Shown in pieces: positions 36,075-49,109 of a stretch of 64,000 nucleotides of DNA. Each line of letters opens with the position of its first letter. Positions within the stretch are counted from its first letter, which is position 1. Made by a program: the position numbers and the translations under genes. The notes below the pieces were generated by a model, which saw only the letters and a list, made by a program, of their open reading frames with translations, was not told the DNA's origin and did not search any database. Source of the DNA: Monocercomonoides exilis PA203 (Eukaryota > Protista > Preaxostyla); assembly GCA_001643675.2 (NCBI GenBank), contig LSRY02000066.1, forward strand, positions 248,001 through 312,000. Direction: 5' to 3'.

Positions 36075-38278
36075 ATGAAAGAAAAGGGTTTGCATGCTCA
36101 TTCGAATGGATGGGCTGCATTTTTTAGCATAAGTGGTGGATTTTCTTTCGGATTTGCAAATGGAATAATATCTGGGATTCTTGGAGGTAATAAAAAATAA
36201 AAAATTTTTATTATTCAAAGTTTTTTTTATTAAAGAAACAAGATGGAAAGACTGTTCCGCAATTGAACTAAGCTTTTTAGCAACTTCTATCGTATACGGG
36301 CTTGCAGTCGGGTCTGCTTTGTTGAAGCAACTTTAGTTTATATTTATTGTTGTAAGCTCATTATTTTGTGGTTATTTTACTGACAAGTTTGGAAGAAAAA
36401 AGATAGCCGCTTTATCTTCATTGCTGTCGTTTGTTTTTGCAGTAGTCATGGCGTTTGTTCCGAATGTTTGGGGAATTACTGCTTTACGAATTGTTCAAGG
36501 CATATTTGTTGGGTGTATCAGCAATGTTGCCCCAATTTGCACGACTGAATTTTCAACAGAAAAGCTTCGTGGACGTTTGGTCTCTCTTTATCAAGTTAGT
36601 GTTGTTATCGGAATCATGATATCGTATGGATTAAACATTCCTTTTGATTTTGTAAACGATGGTTGGAGATATGAATTTGCATTTACTGGAATTGGACCGC
36701 TGATTATGTGCATTGGATCATTTATAGCACCTGAAAGTCCAGTTTGGCTGGAAAAAAATCAACGTTCAGTGATAAGATCACAAAATTCTGAAGATAGAGA
36801 TGCTAATGACTCTGCGAATCGTATTGTAGACACGGGAAGCAAACCATCTGACGCACTAATTGAAGCAAGTGGCCAACATCACTACTCAACCTTTTCACCG
36901 ACTGCCTCACCTGCAATTCCATATTCACCAAATCTTGATAATTCATTTTCGACTTCTCAGCTTCTTGACTCACATCGTACATCAGAATCAGATTCTCCTT
37001 CTGCCGAGTCATCAACGATCTCAAATGAAGCTCCACAATCTTCTTCAACGAACAACTCCTATTCAACATCATTGCATGCTCAAAAAGAAGAAATCGTTGA
37101 ACAGAATGAACTACCAAATGGTGAAAATTCTTCTCCAACTTTTAATAATGAAAACAATAAAATTGAAATAGTTGCTTCTTCTTCTGGTGTCATTATTCAG
37201 GGAAACTCCATTTCATTCAAACCCATTTCAACAGAAACAGCCGAAAATGTTGCTAATAATTCTGATTCAAATAAAAAAAGTGAAGATCCGATGAATAATG
37301 CCCATCTTGCACAAGACAACGTTTATTCTTCAGAAATTTCTGACTCCTCACGAACGTGTTCATTTCTTACCAAACTATTGCGTAATCCACGATCTTTTAT
37401 TGTGGCTGTTGTTTTTTCAATGTGCCTACAGCTGACGGGCGCGAACGTCATCGCTTCATACACACCTCTTATCTTAGCTGCAGCTGGTGTGGAGACAAGA
37501 CTGCAATCACTTCTTTTCACTCTTGCAATCTCCGCTTGGAACTCGCTATCCGTTCTGCTTTCGCTGCTATTTGTGGATTCTGTTGGAAGAAAGCCTCTTT
37601 TAATGATGGGTTCAGGCGCAGCATCTGTTGGTCTTTTGATAATGGTACTAGCGTTTCTGTTGCAAACTTCTTCAACTGCACACATTGTAATGTCGATTGT
37701 TGCAATTGTTATATTTTTGTTGGGTTTCCAAGGAGGGATAGGCCCAACGTATTACGTTGTGGTCAATGAAATATTTCCAGCTTCGATTGCTGGAAAAGCC
37801 GTTTCAATGTCAATGGTGATAAATTGGATCTGCAACATTATAATTGTACAATTATATTTGCCCTTGAGTCAAGCAATTGGTGAAGGTTTGGATTTTATGT
37901 GATTTGATCAGAAATGAGCTATACATTTGTGATTATTGCACACTTTTTAATGATAAATATTTCCATTTTTGTATTATAATTGTCATGTTTATCATTCTTC
38001 ATTCTTATTATTTATTCATTTTTGTTTTCCACTTTAAATGGCCTTCAGGATATGTTTTCTTGATAATTTGCATCATCTGCGTTCTCTTCTTTTTATTCGT
38101 TTTATTTGTTGTTCGGGAGACTAAAGGAAAAGTTCGACCAGTTGATATAGAAACAGAAATGGATGGAAAACATTTAAATGATGAAAGCCGCAAGCTTGAT
38201 GAAGAAAACATTATAAACGAAGAGAAAAAGAATCACTCAGAAAAAATGGTAGCGCAACCAGTTATGAAAAGTTATTAA
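36075..38278 (+). CDS. MFS sugar porter family transporter with long Ser-rich central loop; 4 exons
   Basis: GGFSFG, DKFGRKK, RIVQG, TEFSTEKLRG, WRY, PESPVWL, LQLTGAN, DSVGRKPLL, NEIFP, NWICN and RETKG motifs. Confidence 0.92.
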
Positions 38279-39135
38279 ATTTTTAGTTGTTGGAGTGTTT
38301 TTTGAAAAGAAATTTTAATGAAAAGAGCAACAGATTTTTTTTATTTAAATGTGGAAAATAGATATTCAAATTTTTTTTCTTCTGTTTTTAAATGGATATC
38401 TTTATTTTATATGTAATTTAATTTTCATTAACATTTTTCCATATTTCTAATTGATATATTTGAAAAGAATCCTCTCATAAATTATAGAGTCGCAAATTCA
38501 AAGTTTTTCTTTCAAACAATCAATCCACAATACACTTCATTTTTTCTTTTTATTTTTTGTTTGAAAAAAAGAAAAGAAAAGAAAATTCAGATTAAAAGTT
38601 GGAATTTATAACTTTGAAAATATCCACTTTTATAACCTCAACAGTAAAGAGAACATTTTTAAAGGCAAAACAAAGAAAAGAATCAAATATTATGAATTCC
38701 AATCTGTAAGCACAAAAATGCTGAAATCAACTTCAAACGCCATCCAAAACGAATTCACTTTAAGATTACATGCAAAGAATGTCCAATTATTATTCCACTC
38801 ATTAATTACAAAATTCATATGCGAAAAGTGCATTTTGGCAAAATGGCATTGTTATTATTTCTAAAATGTTCTTGTAATCAGTTAATGAAAAAAAACCCAA
38901 AAAAATTTCGGAATGAAGCATACAAAATCCAAAATCTACAAAAAATGAAAAAACATATTGTTTCAATTTGAATGTAGAGAAACTTATGTATTTCAATTTT
39001 GAATACATAATATTGATAAATTAAAATTACGATTTAATCTTCCAGAAAAAATAATTTTGAAAAAACAATATAGTATCAAAAGATCAAACAAATTTGAGTT
39101 AAACAACAACCGTATTTGATTTTTGTGTGTATTCT

Positions 39136-40222
39136 TTAATCCTTCTTTTCATTGATACAAAGACAAGGTTCTTTAGTCATTTGTAACAAAACACGGGAAG
39201 CAACAAATCCCTCGATGAATGTTCCAACTCTTGATTCAACAACAGTATGCTCTTCATCCGAAAGGCGATTCAAACGCTCCGTGACTTGATCGTCCAATGT
39301 CAGAAGGATTGTGTGTGTTTCTTCTCCTTCTTCAATTTGGCAATGCGTTTTTGGATTATCGTTTTCGGGAAGGTCGCCTGAATAAATATCAAACATGAAA
39401 GATTTTTAAATAGAATGTTAAAGTTAATTTTCAATTCCAAATGAGTTGTTGAGGAACTAAAATCCTTTTCATATAATACTAATAGAACGAATAAGCGTAC
39501 AATAAAAGAGTTGAAAGCACGAAAAAACAGATATTTCATCACCTTTTTCATTCAAATTCCAAAAAAAAATCATATATCCATTTCCTAATGACAAATATAC
39601 CATCAATGTATAATGTTACCATCAACATTCGTGTTGGAGATGTTGCTGGATTTGGTACTCGTAACTTTGAAATTCTCCCCATCGACTGAAGATCTTTTGC
39701 ACTGGTATCTTCAGCAACAAAAGGAACAGAGGAGGATGAAGTTGACGACGATGATTCGTCATGAAATTTACTTTCCTCTTTCACACTAATTGCTGGAAGC
39801 TTTGCAGTGTAACCTGTTTCTTCCTGAAAATAAAATTATTAGTAATATAAATCTATATTTTGTCTCAAACCCACAATTCTCTTATCGCAGATGACTCCGG
39901 AGTTTCATCGGATCCTACAAGCCCAGAAGGGAATTCAATAGTATTAGAATTACCTTTAAAGAAAATTGTTAAAAAATAAGCTTTAAAACAAATTTGAATA
40001 TTGCATGCAAGGTGCTCTATATTGCTTGACAAGAATTAACTGAGGATCTTTATCTTTTTTAATAAGAAGAGGAATAATTTCAACTGCTTGGACTTTATCA
40101 TTACATCCAATTCGACGAATCATTTCCCATGTCATTTTCTTTCCCGATTTATCCTCAAAATGTGTCTGGCCAAATTCAATCCATTTTCCAGTTCCAATTG
40201 GTTCAAATGTTTGCTTATACAT
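39136..40222 (-). CDS. NUDT5: Nudix hydrolase, NUDT5-like ADP-sugar pyrophosphatase; 4 exons
   Basis: LVKQYRAP-C-NSNTIEFPSGLVGSDETPESSAIRELW|EETGY is an intact Nudix box; last exon DLPENDNPK...TVVESRV resembles the NUDT5 C-terminus. Confidence 0.85.
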
Positions 40223-40391
40223 CCTTATAAGATAACAGCATTTTTTATTAGAAGTATCTCAATTTGTAACAAATAAAAGATTTCAATGAATCAAATACCT
40301 TGAAAAAAAGTTCACACAAAAAGTCAAAGAAAATGTTATGGGTTATAAATTAAAAAATTGTAACTTATTTAAAGACAAATTCTAACTTAAA

Positions 40392-41465
40392 TTAAAATGC
40401 GTCTTCTCGAACTTTATCAAAAATTGAAGAGCGCTGTGATGAAAAGGCATCTGGAGAAGCTTTTACTCTTGTTGAATGACGAGCAGACTTCAACAAAGGA
40501 GAAGGAGCAGGTGAAGAAATAACTGGAAGCGGAGATGAAGGGGATGCAAAAGGTACATTGAACACAGTTGATGAAAACGATGATTGAAAAGGCAAGGAAT
40601 TCGCAGACGAAGAAAGAAGGGGTGACGTATGAATTTGGTTAGATTTTGGAATTGAAGCATGTGGAGGAGATGAATGATGAGTGGAGAATGTGACAGAGTA
40701 TTGTGGGTGTGTCTGTGAGGCAGAGGGAGTGGCACTTGAAAGAGAAGCATGTTTCGAATGAGAACGCCCAGCGATTGCAGATAATGAACGCATAAAGTCC
40801 TGAGAGGGAGAAGATGTTGCTGAAGATGATGTGAAAAAAAAAGCACAAAAAATTGAAAAGTGAACAATTTGAAATAAGAATATAAATCGAATAAATTTAT
40901 TAAGATTTGCAAAAAGGAATAAAATTAAATAGAAAATGTTATGCAACAAATAAAATTTCAGTTTAAAAAACAAGCAAGAAAATGATGATTTTATTGGTAT
41001 AATAAACATAAAATGAAAATAAGCATACATTCAACATTCTGTCTAAAATATGAAGAAGATTGTCTATTTGGTGTATTGATTGTTTGGGAAGAGCTGTGTG
41101 AAGAAGGGCGGTGCGGTGGGATGTGTGCAGCGCGAGGAGGAGAATGAAGACGAGGGGAAAGAGGTGGCTTAAGCGGTGATGTTGGGACAATAAACGAGGA
41201 AGAAGAAGATGATGATGATGAGTGAGACTGTGTTGAAGGAAATACTTTGATGATTGGGGGCGAATGAGGAGGCGAATTGATGGTGATTGAGAAAGAAGGC
41301 TGTGGAAGACGTGCTGTTTGTGAAGAAGATGATGTTGAGGGACGCAGTGGCGAATGGGCTGAATGAGAGTTTTTGGGTGTTATTGGCTTTTTTGTTGTTT
41401 GAGATAAATGCTTATGATGATGCCTATGTGAATGATGCTTTGAAGATGAAGAAAAAGAAGAAGAA

Positions 41466-41496
<31 letters not shown>

Positions 41497-43042
41497 TTGA
41501 TAAAGAAATGGATGATGATAAAGAAGAGATAGAATAACTGGAATCTTCCTTATATTCATCATCCTTTCTATTCTTCTTTTTCCCATGGGAACTTCTTTTT
41601 CCTAATTTTGAATGTTTTGAGTGTTTTGAATGAGCAGAACGTGACTCTTTCTCATTTTGAGATGGATGGCCCTTTTTTTCTTTATGTCCTGTTTTTCTTC
41701 TCCTCCTTTCTTCTCCTTTTAATTCTCTTGTTTTTGATCTTCTTTTATGCGAAGAAGAAGCTTTGAAAGGTGTAAAATTTGAGTCTGTTGAATCTGTTGA
41801 AGATGTTGAAGATGTTGATTCATCAATTGAAATGCTTTCTGTCAGTTCATTTAAATATTTTTCGTCTTTTTCTGTTTTTGATTGTGGAAGGTGGTGATGA
41901 ACTCTGCGGCGAATGCTCCGAATTGATAAAGGTGTTCTCTGCATCAATTCTGAAAGCAGAGTTGCAGTCAAAGATGTGTTGGAAGAAGAAGAAGAAGCTG
42001 AAGAAGATGATGAAGATGAACAAGATGAAGATGATGACTGTTGAATTTGACTAGGAACATAATGAGTTGGAGTTGACACGCAACGAGCTGACATTTCTAA
42101 AGGTGTTGTTGAAATTGACGAAGTTGCGTAGTTCTGAAGAGTTCTTCCGTATGTGCGATTACTCGAAAGAGTTTGAAGATTTGTTGATGGAACAGTTGAT
42201 GACAAAATTCGTGAAGGTGTTGAAAGCACCCCACGAGGCGGTAGAGGCGTCGAAAGAGAAGATTGATTGCGAACAAGCACTGGCTGCGGTGTGATATGTG
42301 CGCGAGTAACAGAAGAAGAGCCAAAATCAAACATTCGAAAAAGTGGCAGTTCGAGACATTGGCGTGCATCAATTCTCTGATCAGGATTGTAAACTATTGT
42401 CGAGCGAAGTACCTCACAGAATGGCTCTATGTATTGCATTGGAATCATAGATATTAGTGATCGTGTTTCTGAAGGAAAAAGAGAAGGTTTTGTGCACAAA
42501 AGATGTTGAGTCGGTGTTGCAGTTTCACCTCTATAAAACGGAAGCGAATGAAATAGTTCATCAGAAACATAACGAAAATCAGAGCGTATAGGATTTCCAA
42601 ATCGTGAGAAAATTGCTTGTAGAAGTTCGCTGGTTGAACCGCCACTTATGGAGTCGTATCCAAGTGCAAATTCAAACAAAATTATTCCAAAAGCCCACAT
42701 ATCGTTTTGCTTTGTCAAAATAGGAGCAGAACGTTCCAATTCCAATTGAAGCAAAAGTTCAGGAGCATAATATTGTGAAGAAAGACATCCATCTGATGAT
42801 AAATGTATTAGTCCTGAAAGTGAAACCAAAATCGTTTTTGGATGCAAATTCATTTGAACTTGCCCTTGTTGATGCTTTGAATTCAATATTTGAAGGACAA
42901 ATCTCATCCATTTAACTAAATCTTCGAATACAATATAATTAGCTTGTTAAATAATAATAATTAATAAAAACAAAAATAACGCAGTAAAGTCCGTTATACT
43001 TTTTGTTGAAGCACGCAGTGCTTCCAGAGACACAAAGTCCAT
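40392..43042 (-). CDS. CMGC-like protein kinase C-lobe (probable pseudokinase) with long S-rich tail; about 3 exons
   Basis: YYAPELLL, DMWAFGIILFE and YNPDQRIDARQCLELPLF present; catalytic loop reads QMNLHPKTIL and DFG is absent. Confidence 0.75.
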
Positions 43043-43128
43043 TTATTATAAATTTACAGAAGAAAATTAATCAAAAATAAATCAAAAAATATAAATAATT
43101 ATTCTTAAATGTTTGAAAAAATAATATT

Positions 43129-45288
43129 TTAATGGTAACTGTGATCATCTTTTTTAACTCTTTTCGCTGCTTTTCCTTCAAGTGTTTGTTCTTTCTTTTC
43201 AGCAAAAACAATTTTATCCCAATCTGGATCTGCTCCTCTTTCCAATCCTTTTTGAGAATCGTACAATAAAAATGCTTCAAGTTTTCTTTTCTTTTTTTCT
43301 TTTTCTTTTTCCTCTTTCGCAAGAGCACGAACGCTGCTTCTCAGCAATCTTGACGTTGTCATCCCATTACTAATTGAAAATGGAAATTCGTCTTTTCCGT
43401 ACGTACATGATACACGAGAATTTCTAGTTGTTGAACAATTGAGCGGTCTATTATCCAATGAAGAAGAATGAGGGCTATATCCTTCAACAGTATCACTTTT
43501 CTCATCTCTGGAGAAACTGTCAAGTTCATTTTCCTCGTAGAGTTCATCAAATTCCTCTTCATCTTCTCCCCAAACTTTTTTCTCAACTTCTTCTTCATCA
43601 ACATATATCTTGTCATTTGCAAGCTGTCTCCATCGCTGGTTGTGCTTCGACGTCTCCTTTGGAGCAAGGCGATTGACAACTTCCTGATCTTTGTGCGACA
43701 TCAAAAGACTGCGACGTGTAGGCGACATTTGCGACATTCTCATTCTGGATGAACCTAACCCACGAGATGAACGAGGCGTAGAATAAGTCGATGAAGATGA
43801 GATTAAAGGACGAAATGTTGAAGGAGATTGAAATTTCGTTGATGACCTCGATGGAGAATGAGGAGTCGACGATAAGAAGGAAGCAGGAGAAGGAGTGGGA
43901 TGAGATGAGGTTGGTCTAAAAGGGGGGATGGACTTCTTAGGCAAAAGAGTCATTGAAGGTTCAGAAAGACGATTTCTATTATATCCTCTGTTATGACTAT
44001 TGCTCCGACAAGAAGTCGGTACAACTGATGAATGACTCGCTAATTTAGATGCTCTATCTGTGTCGTATCCGCTTTCCGTTGTGTTGCTTAAGTCAAACAG
44101 TTCTGAATCATCTTCTTTTTCTTTGCCTCGAATTTTGTTATAAATATCTTGTGAATCTACTCGATTTAAATGAATGTCATCTCTTTTTGAGGGCATTTCT
44201 TGAACAGACTTAAGTTGAGTTCTTGTTTCGTGGATCTTCCCTTTTGAGGATGGAGCCTGAGAATTATCTTGTTGAGTATTTTGAAGTGGCTTGTTCAGAT
44301 GAGAGGTGACGATTGAAGCTCGCTTCTGAATGTAATTGCGATGAAGTGTTGGTGAAAAACCTGAGTGAGGAAGAGAAGGGGAATTAGAATAAGATGTTGT
44401 TTGTCTGCCTACGTTAGAAGTGGAAAGGGGTTCTGAATCGAGGTAATTTGACTGAGGGCTAGCCATCATCTTTCGAGCGCTGGTTGATGGAGATGAAGAA
44501 GGAGATGAAGAAGGAGAAGACGAAGCTTTTGCTTGTAATGGATCGTGTGATTTCAACAATTTTGGAGAAGAGAAACTAAAAGAAATCTGAACCTCTTCTT
44601 TTGGAGTTTCCAAAGGGCTTTGGAATTCCATGGAGTTTTGACTGCTCCACCTCCCAAAAGTATTTTCATCTTGATCATTATCTTCGAAAAATTCAAGTTC
44701 ATCTTCTGCTAATTTTTCGTTACTCTCTTTCATTGCAATTTGAGGTGTAGTATCTATGATTCTCTCTACACGCTTTGGATGTAATCGCTTCAATCCTGTA
44801 ATTACAGGCAAAACATCATCTGAATCAGTTTGATATCCCCCAGAGTTTTTCTCAATAGACGCAATAGATGATTTTTCATCATCTTGCATTTCATTTTCCT
44901 GAATATCGTCTTTGTTACGAGATTGTTTCTTTGTGTGATTTATTATTAAATCAAGTTCAGACATTTGTTTTCTTAATTCCTTTATCATTTGGTCTTGCTT
45001 TGATAATACCGATTTTATATCGTTAGCACTTGTTTCTTTTGTATAAGTTTTCTGATTAATAATTTGCTTCGTTTGATATTTCTTTGAAGATTCATCAATG
45101 ATTGAAGCAGGAATATAATAAGGAAATGGTCCTGAAGGAAGAGAAATTTCTGAACCAAAATTTTTGGATATATTATCATATTTAACTTTTCGATTACTAT
45201 CAGATTTTCTTAATTGTTTTTCCAAGGGTGTCGTTGAAAAAGAGAAAAAAACTGTTTGACTATCTGTCATAATTCTTTCAAAATTCAA
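43129..45288 (-). CDS. Hypothetical low-complexity S-rich protein (5' end uncertain)
   Basis: 719-codon open frame; no recognisable domain. Confidence 0.7.
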   Translation of the reverse strand: MNFERIMTDSQTVFFSFSTTPLEKQLRKSDSNRKVKYDNISKNFGSEISLPSGPFPYYIPASIIDESSKKYQTKQIINQKTYTKETSANDIKSVLSKQDQMIKELRKQMSELDLIINHTKKQSRNKDDIQENEMQDDEKSSIASIEKNSGGYQTDSDDVLPVITGLKRLHPKRVERIIDTTPQIAMKESNEKLAEDELEFFEDNDQDENTFGRWSSQNSMEFQSPLETPKEEVQISFSFSSPKLLKSHDPLQAKASSSPSSSPSSSPSTSARKMMASPQSNYLDSEPLSTSNVGRQTTSYSNSPSLPHSGFSPTLHRNYIQKRASIVTSHLNKPLQNTQQDNSQAPSSKGKIHETRTQLKSVQEMPSKRDDIHLNRVDSQDIYNKIRGKEKEDDSELFDLSNTTESGYDTDRASKLASHSSVVPTSCRSNSHNRGYNRNRLSEPSMTLLPKKSIPPFRPTSSHPTPSPASFLSSTPHSPSRSSTKFQSPSTFRPLISSSSTYSTPRSSRGLGSSRMRMSQMSPTRRSLLMSHKDQEVVNRLAPKETSKHNQRWRQLANDKIYVDEEEVEKKVWGEDEEEFDELYEENELDSFSRDEKSDTVEGYSPHSSSLDNRPLNCSTTRNSRVSCTYGKDEFPFSISNGMTTSRLLRSSVRALAKEEKEKEKKKRKLEAFLLYDSQKGLERGADPDWDKIVFAEKKEQTLEGKAAKRVKKDDHSYH

Positions 45289-45525
45289 TACAAATTATCA
45301 ATATTAATATCTTAACAATTTTTTAAAAAATCACACACTATAATAATATATCTCAAATTTTTGCAATGTTATTCAGTAAATCTTCCTTTAAATAATTTTG
45401 TCAATAAAAGTGTGGAAAGATCAAATTTCTTAAAAATATCATGTTGAAATTTTTCTTTTTGTATAGAAAATAAATAAAGAGAAACTCATTCTGTAGGTCT
45501 TTCTTTGTTTTATTGTTTGATGAAT

Positions 45526-45526
<1 letters not shown>

Positions 45527-45558
<32 letters not shown>
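45527..45558. repeat. Poly-T tract (32 nt)
   Basis: Read directly. Confidence 0.9.
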
Positions 45559-46381
45559 CCCATTTTATCAAAGAAATACAAAATCCGTTCAAATCATAAA
45601 CACTTATTTAAGTTGTCTTATTTTTTCATCTTCAACAGTTTGAAAAACTGACCGTCTCTTTAGTCAGTGATAAAAAACATCAATGACATTAAATTTTTCT
45701 CACAAAAAATATAATAATGAATGCTTTTTAAATAAAAATTGGTTTTATCATTGGATTTATTTGAAATAAAATGTTTTTTTTGTCATTATGACATCGCATT
45801 TTGAGCAAAAAAATTATTGAATTTGTGTTTCGAAAAAATATTTTGTTTAAAGCTCAGGAAAAATAATGATAAGTGATAATCACAATGCATCTTTTTTCAA
45901 AAATAAATATCATCTTTGATTTGTCTCAGATGTTAAGTTTCATTATCCGAAATATAATATGTTACTTTTTTGAAAAGCAAATTAACGAATTGTTATCACT
46001 TGTTTTATTTGCAAACAGTTTTTGTTTTGTGTTTAATGATTTCAAAAAAATATTATTTCATCATTTCTGTGGAATGATCTTTTCCCAGTGAGAAATTATT
46101 TTGAAATAGATAGAAGCATTAAAATTTTCTAAGCAACACTTTCCTTATGGGGAAAAGTGATTATTTTTGAAATCTGTATGATTATTTTTCTAAGAATATT
46201 TTTTTTCATTCATTCTTTTCGATTGGAAATTTTTCTCTGAATGTTTGGAAATGAACAGTGAAAGTTGAACAGGCATAATTAACATATCATCGTCTTTATT
46301 TCAGTTCTTTCGTTCGTTTTTTAAACAGTCGTGATGAATTCAGCAATAAAATTCAAAATCTCTTCCCAATTGTCAATAACC

Positions 46382-46407
46382 TGGGTGATTTTTTTTGATA
46401 CCATAAA
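46382..46407 (+). repeat. Forward copy of the hAT-associated motif (weaker copy near 46157)
   Basis: TGGGTGATTTTTTTTGATACCATAAA; 25/26 identical to the reverse complement of 52047-52072. Confidence 0.85.
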
Positions 46408-47399
46408 AAAAGATCAAAAATCGAAAAAATTAAATCTTTTGTGGTATTTATTGATCAAAAAATTAAATTGATTTTTTTTACAGTATTTAGCTTTTTAAGC
46501 TGTGTTTTTTGTGTGTTTTATTATTATATTCAAAAAAACATACCTTTTTAATGTTTTGATTTAAAAGAATTTTTATGATCAAGTTTCATAAAAATGATAC
46601 AGAAATGGGACAATGTTTTTGCAATTATGAAAAAGACTGAGATTTGTTCCAAACTTTTTCTGCAATCATAACATAAAAAATCTTTCATTCCCATGACAAA
46701 TTATTGCAGAAAAATTCAAAAATTGAGAAAAATATTTGTTTAAGTTGAATGGAACAAAATTCATAAAGCAAAATATTTCGTCCCAAATAAATAAAGTTTA
46801 ATCAACAAAACTCATCAAAAAGAAAAAAAAAGGATACTTAGCATGTTATACAAAGCTGATAAAAGGAAAAAAAAAATTTAAAGAACTTAAAAAAATGTAA
46901 CAAATATGTGAATTTTTATTTTTCCGTAGAATAAGCAATGAGTTTTCCATTAATCTTGCTTTAGCCTCATCAAAATATTCCAGTATCCGCTGAACAACTC
47001 AACAGATCGGCAAACGAAAATTGTGTTATTCAGGAAACTGCAATTAATAAAAATAATTGACTCAACTCCTTTTCTTCTCTTTTTATTCTTCATTAAAAAT
47101 ACAATATTTATTTTTTTCTCGATTCACTACATCGTTTCCTGTCATTTCTGCTCGACATTTTTCAAAATCTCATTTTGTTAACTGCGTTCTTTTCCCAAGT
47201 TCCTGCTCTAGCAGCTCATGTGTCGAAATTATCATTGAATTCCCCTCAACCATCATTCGTTTTTTGTTTATGCCATTTCTTTCCCTCTTTCATCATCATC
47301 TTCCTCTTTTCTTGATCATCCTTTTCTTTCGTTTTTGCTTCCTCCTCATTTCACTCTCTCTCCATCATCTCTCTCATCTCTCCAGGTAGCAACAATTTC

Positions 47400-48760
47400 T
47401 TTTGCTTCACAAGCAACTCACTTTGATGATCAAAATTAATATCCTTCCGCTCTTCTTTCAAACCTTCTATTTTCTCTTTCTCTTCCTTCGGCTCACGGAA
47501 TCAGCAGCAATTAAACAATGGCATGCCCAGTTCTTCCCTCCCTTGTGGAGTTTGACACGTTCTGAATACTCTATCTTTTCTCTTCTGAACCCTCTGCTCT
47601 CTCCCATGCTCGCTCTCAGAGTCGTTTGGCAGCACTTCATCGACTCCTCCTTTTTTTTAGACAAGTTCTGTTCAATTTGCTGTTCTGTGGCGTTATCAAT
47701 CAGCAAGAATTCAGATTGTGGGATAAGTTGCAGCTTGGGAGAAGAAGAAGAGGAAGGGAATGAAGGAGAAGGAGCAAATGGTTGAGGAATTGAAATAACC
47801 CTCTTTCAAATACTGTTCTGAAAGAAGAAAATCATTCTTGTTGTTGAGGAGCGCGCTCAGTGACTCAGATATGGCAGTTCTTCTCTTCTCATTGGATCAT
47901 GTTCCACTGTGGCTGCTTTGCGCTGCCTTTTGAAGGAGCGTGGAGATGCAAATATTTTTCAGGCTGTGGGTGGAGCATGTAATGGTGGGATCAGTGTCGC
48001 ATTGAATTAGAACTGAGGCAATCAATGGAATCTGCAGCAAATGTGAGTACAGGAAAGAACGCAGTCGAGACAAAGTGGGAGAATGACCTTGCGTGCGAAG
48101 AGAAGACGGACATGAACACCATTCTTCTTCTTCTTCTTCTTCATTTCTTTTGTGATACTCTCCTTTTCTTCATCCCCTTCATCATCATCCTCCTTCGTAT
48201 CTTCTCTTGTTCCTCTTTTTCCCAACAGGTGCATACAGATTAAGCAAAGCACCATCAGTTATTATTTTCGCTTTGTCAGTCGCTGTTGGTGAAGCCATCA
48301 CACCAAAAAGATTCGACCCAACGCACCAGCTCAGCAAACGACGCAGCAGCTCTTCCTTCGTGACTGTTGGTTCGTTGTTCGCTTCATTATCCTTCTCGTT
48401 TCTCTTCTCATTCTCCTTCTTCGTCAATCCCTCTTCCTTCAGCAAGCACCTCGATAATTTCCGAAGCGTTGTTCCGCACAATCGCCTGTGGCGAGTACAT
48501 CAGCTCGACCAACTTGTTAAACTGCGCCTTGTCTTGCGAGCTGGCAAACAGCTTGAACGACTTGCTGGAAAGCGAGAGAAGGATGGAAGAGGACTTACCG
48601 CTGTATTCAGCGTGCGGCGAGTGCAGCAGGCGGTGGATGGGCTGGAGAATGCCGTGGCGCAGGAACACAGAGTGGAACACGGCACCGTTGGTGATGAACT
48701 TGTTGGTCACACGAAGAGAAGAAGAGACAAGAGGATTCCATCGGAAACAAAATGTGAATA
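47400..48760 (-). pseudogene. Fragmented ARM-like coding remnant
   Basis: GC-richer coding-like sequence (HGILQPIHRLLHSPHAEYSGKSSSILLSL...AIVRNNASEIIEVL) interrupted by stops and frame changes. Confidence 0.5.
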
Positions 48761-49109
48761 TATTTGTGTATTTGTGAATAATGAAACGAACGAGCGAAAA
48801 AGGGGGTGTAAAAAGGAAGAAAGAAAATATTGTGAAAAATAATTCTATAATTAGTTTCTGGCAAACCCCATGAATCTGATTAATTGCTTTGCAACAGCAC
48901 CATTCAGCAAATAATCTTAACTGTTTTGCAAGAAAATTGTAAAATAATAGATATTATTCCACCATCATAACTAATCACCATTTGAGAGTGAACAAAAAAA
49001 TTTAGATAAAGATAAATATTTGAAAAGCAAAATACAGATTAACAAAAATAAATGAAACAATAAATGAAACATATTTTATTTTTCAGAAAAATGCAAATAT
49101 TCCATACAA

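Noticed and set aside
43042-43129. Fusion of the 719-aa ORF with the kinase gene
   Set aside because: No AG acceptor before the kinase ATG, an in-frame stop precedes it, and the upstream ORF has no kinase N-lobe motifs
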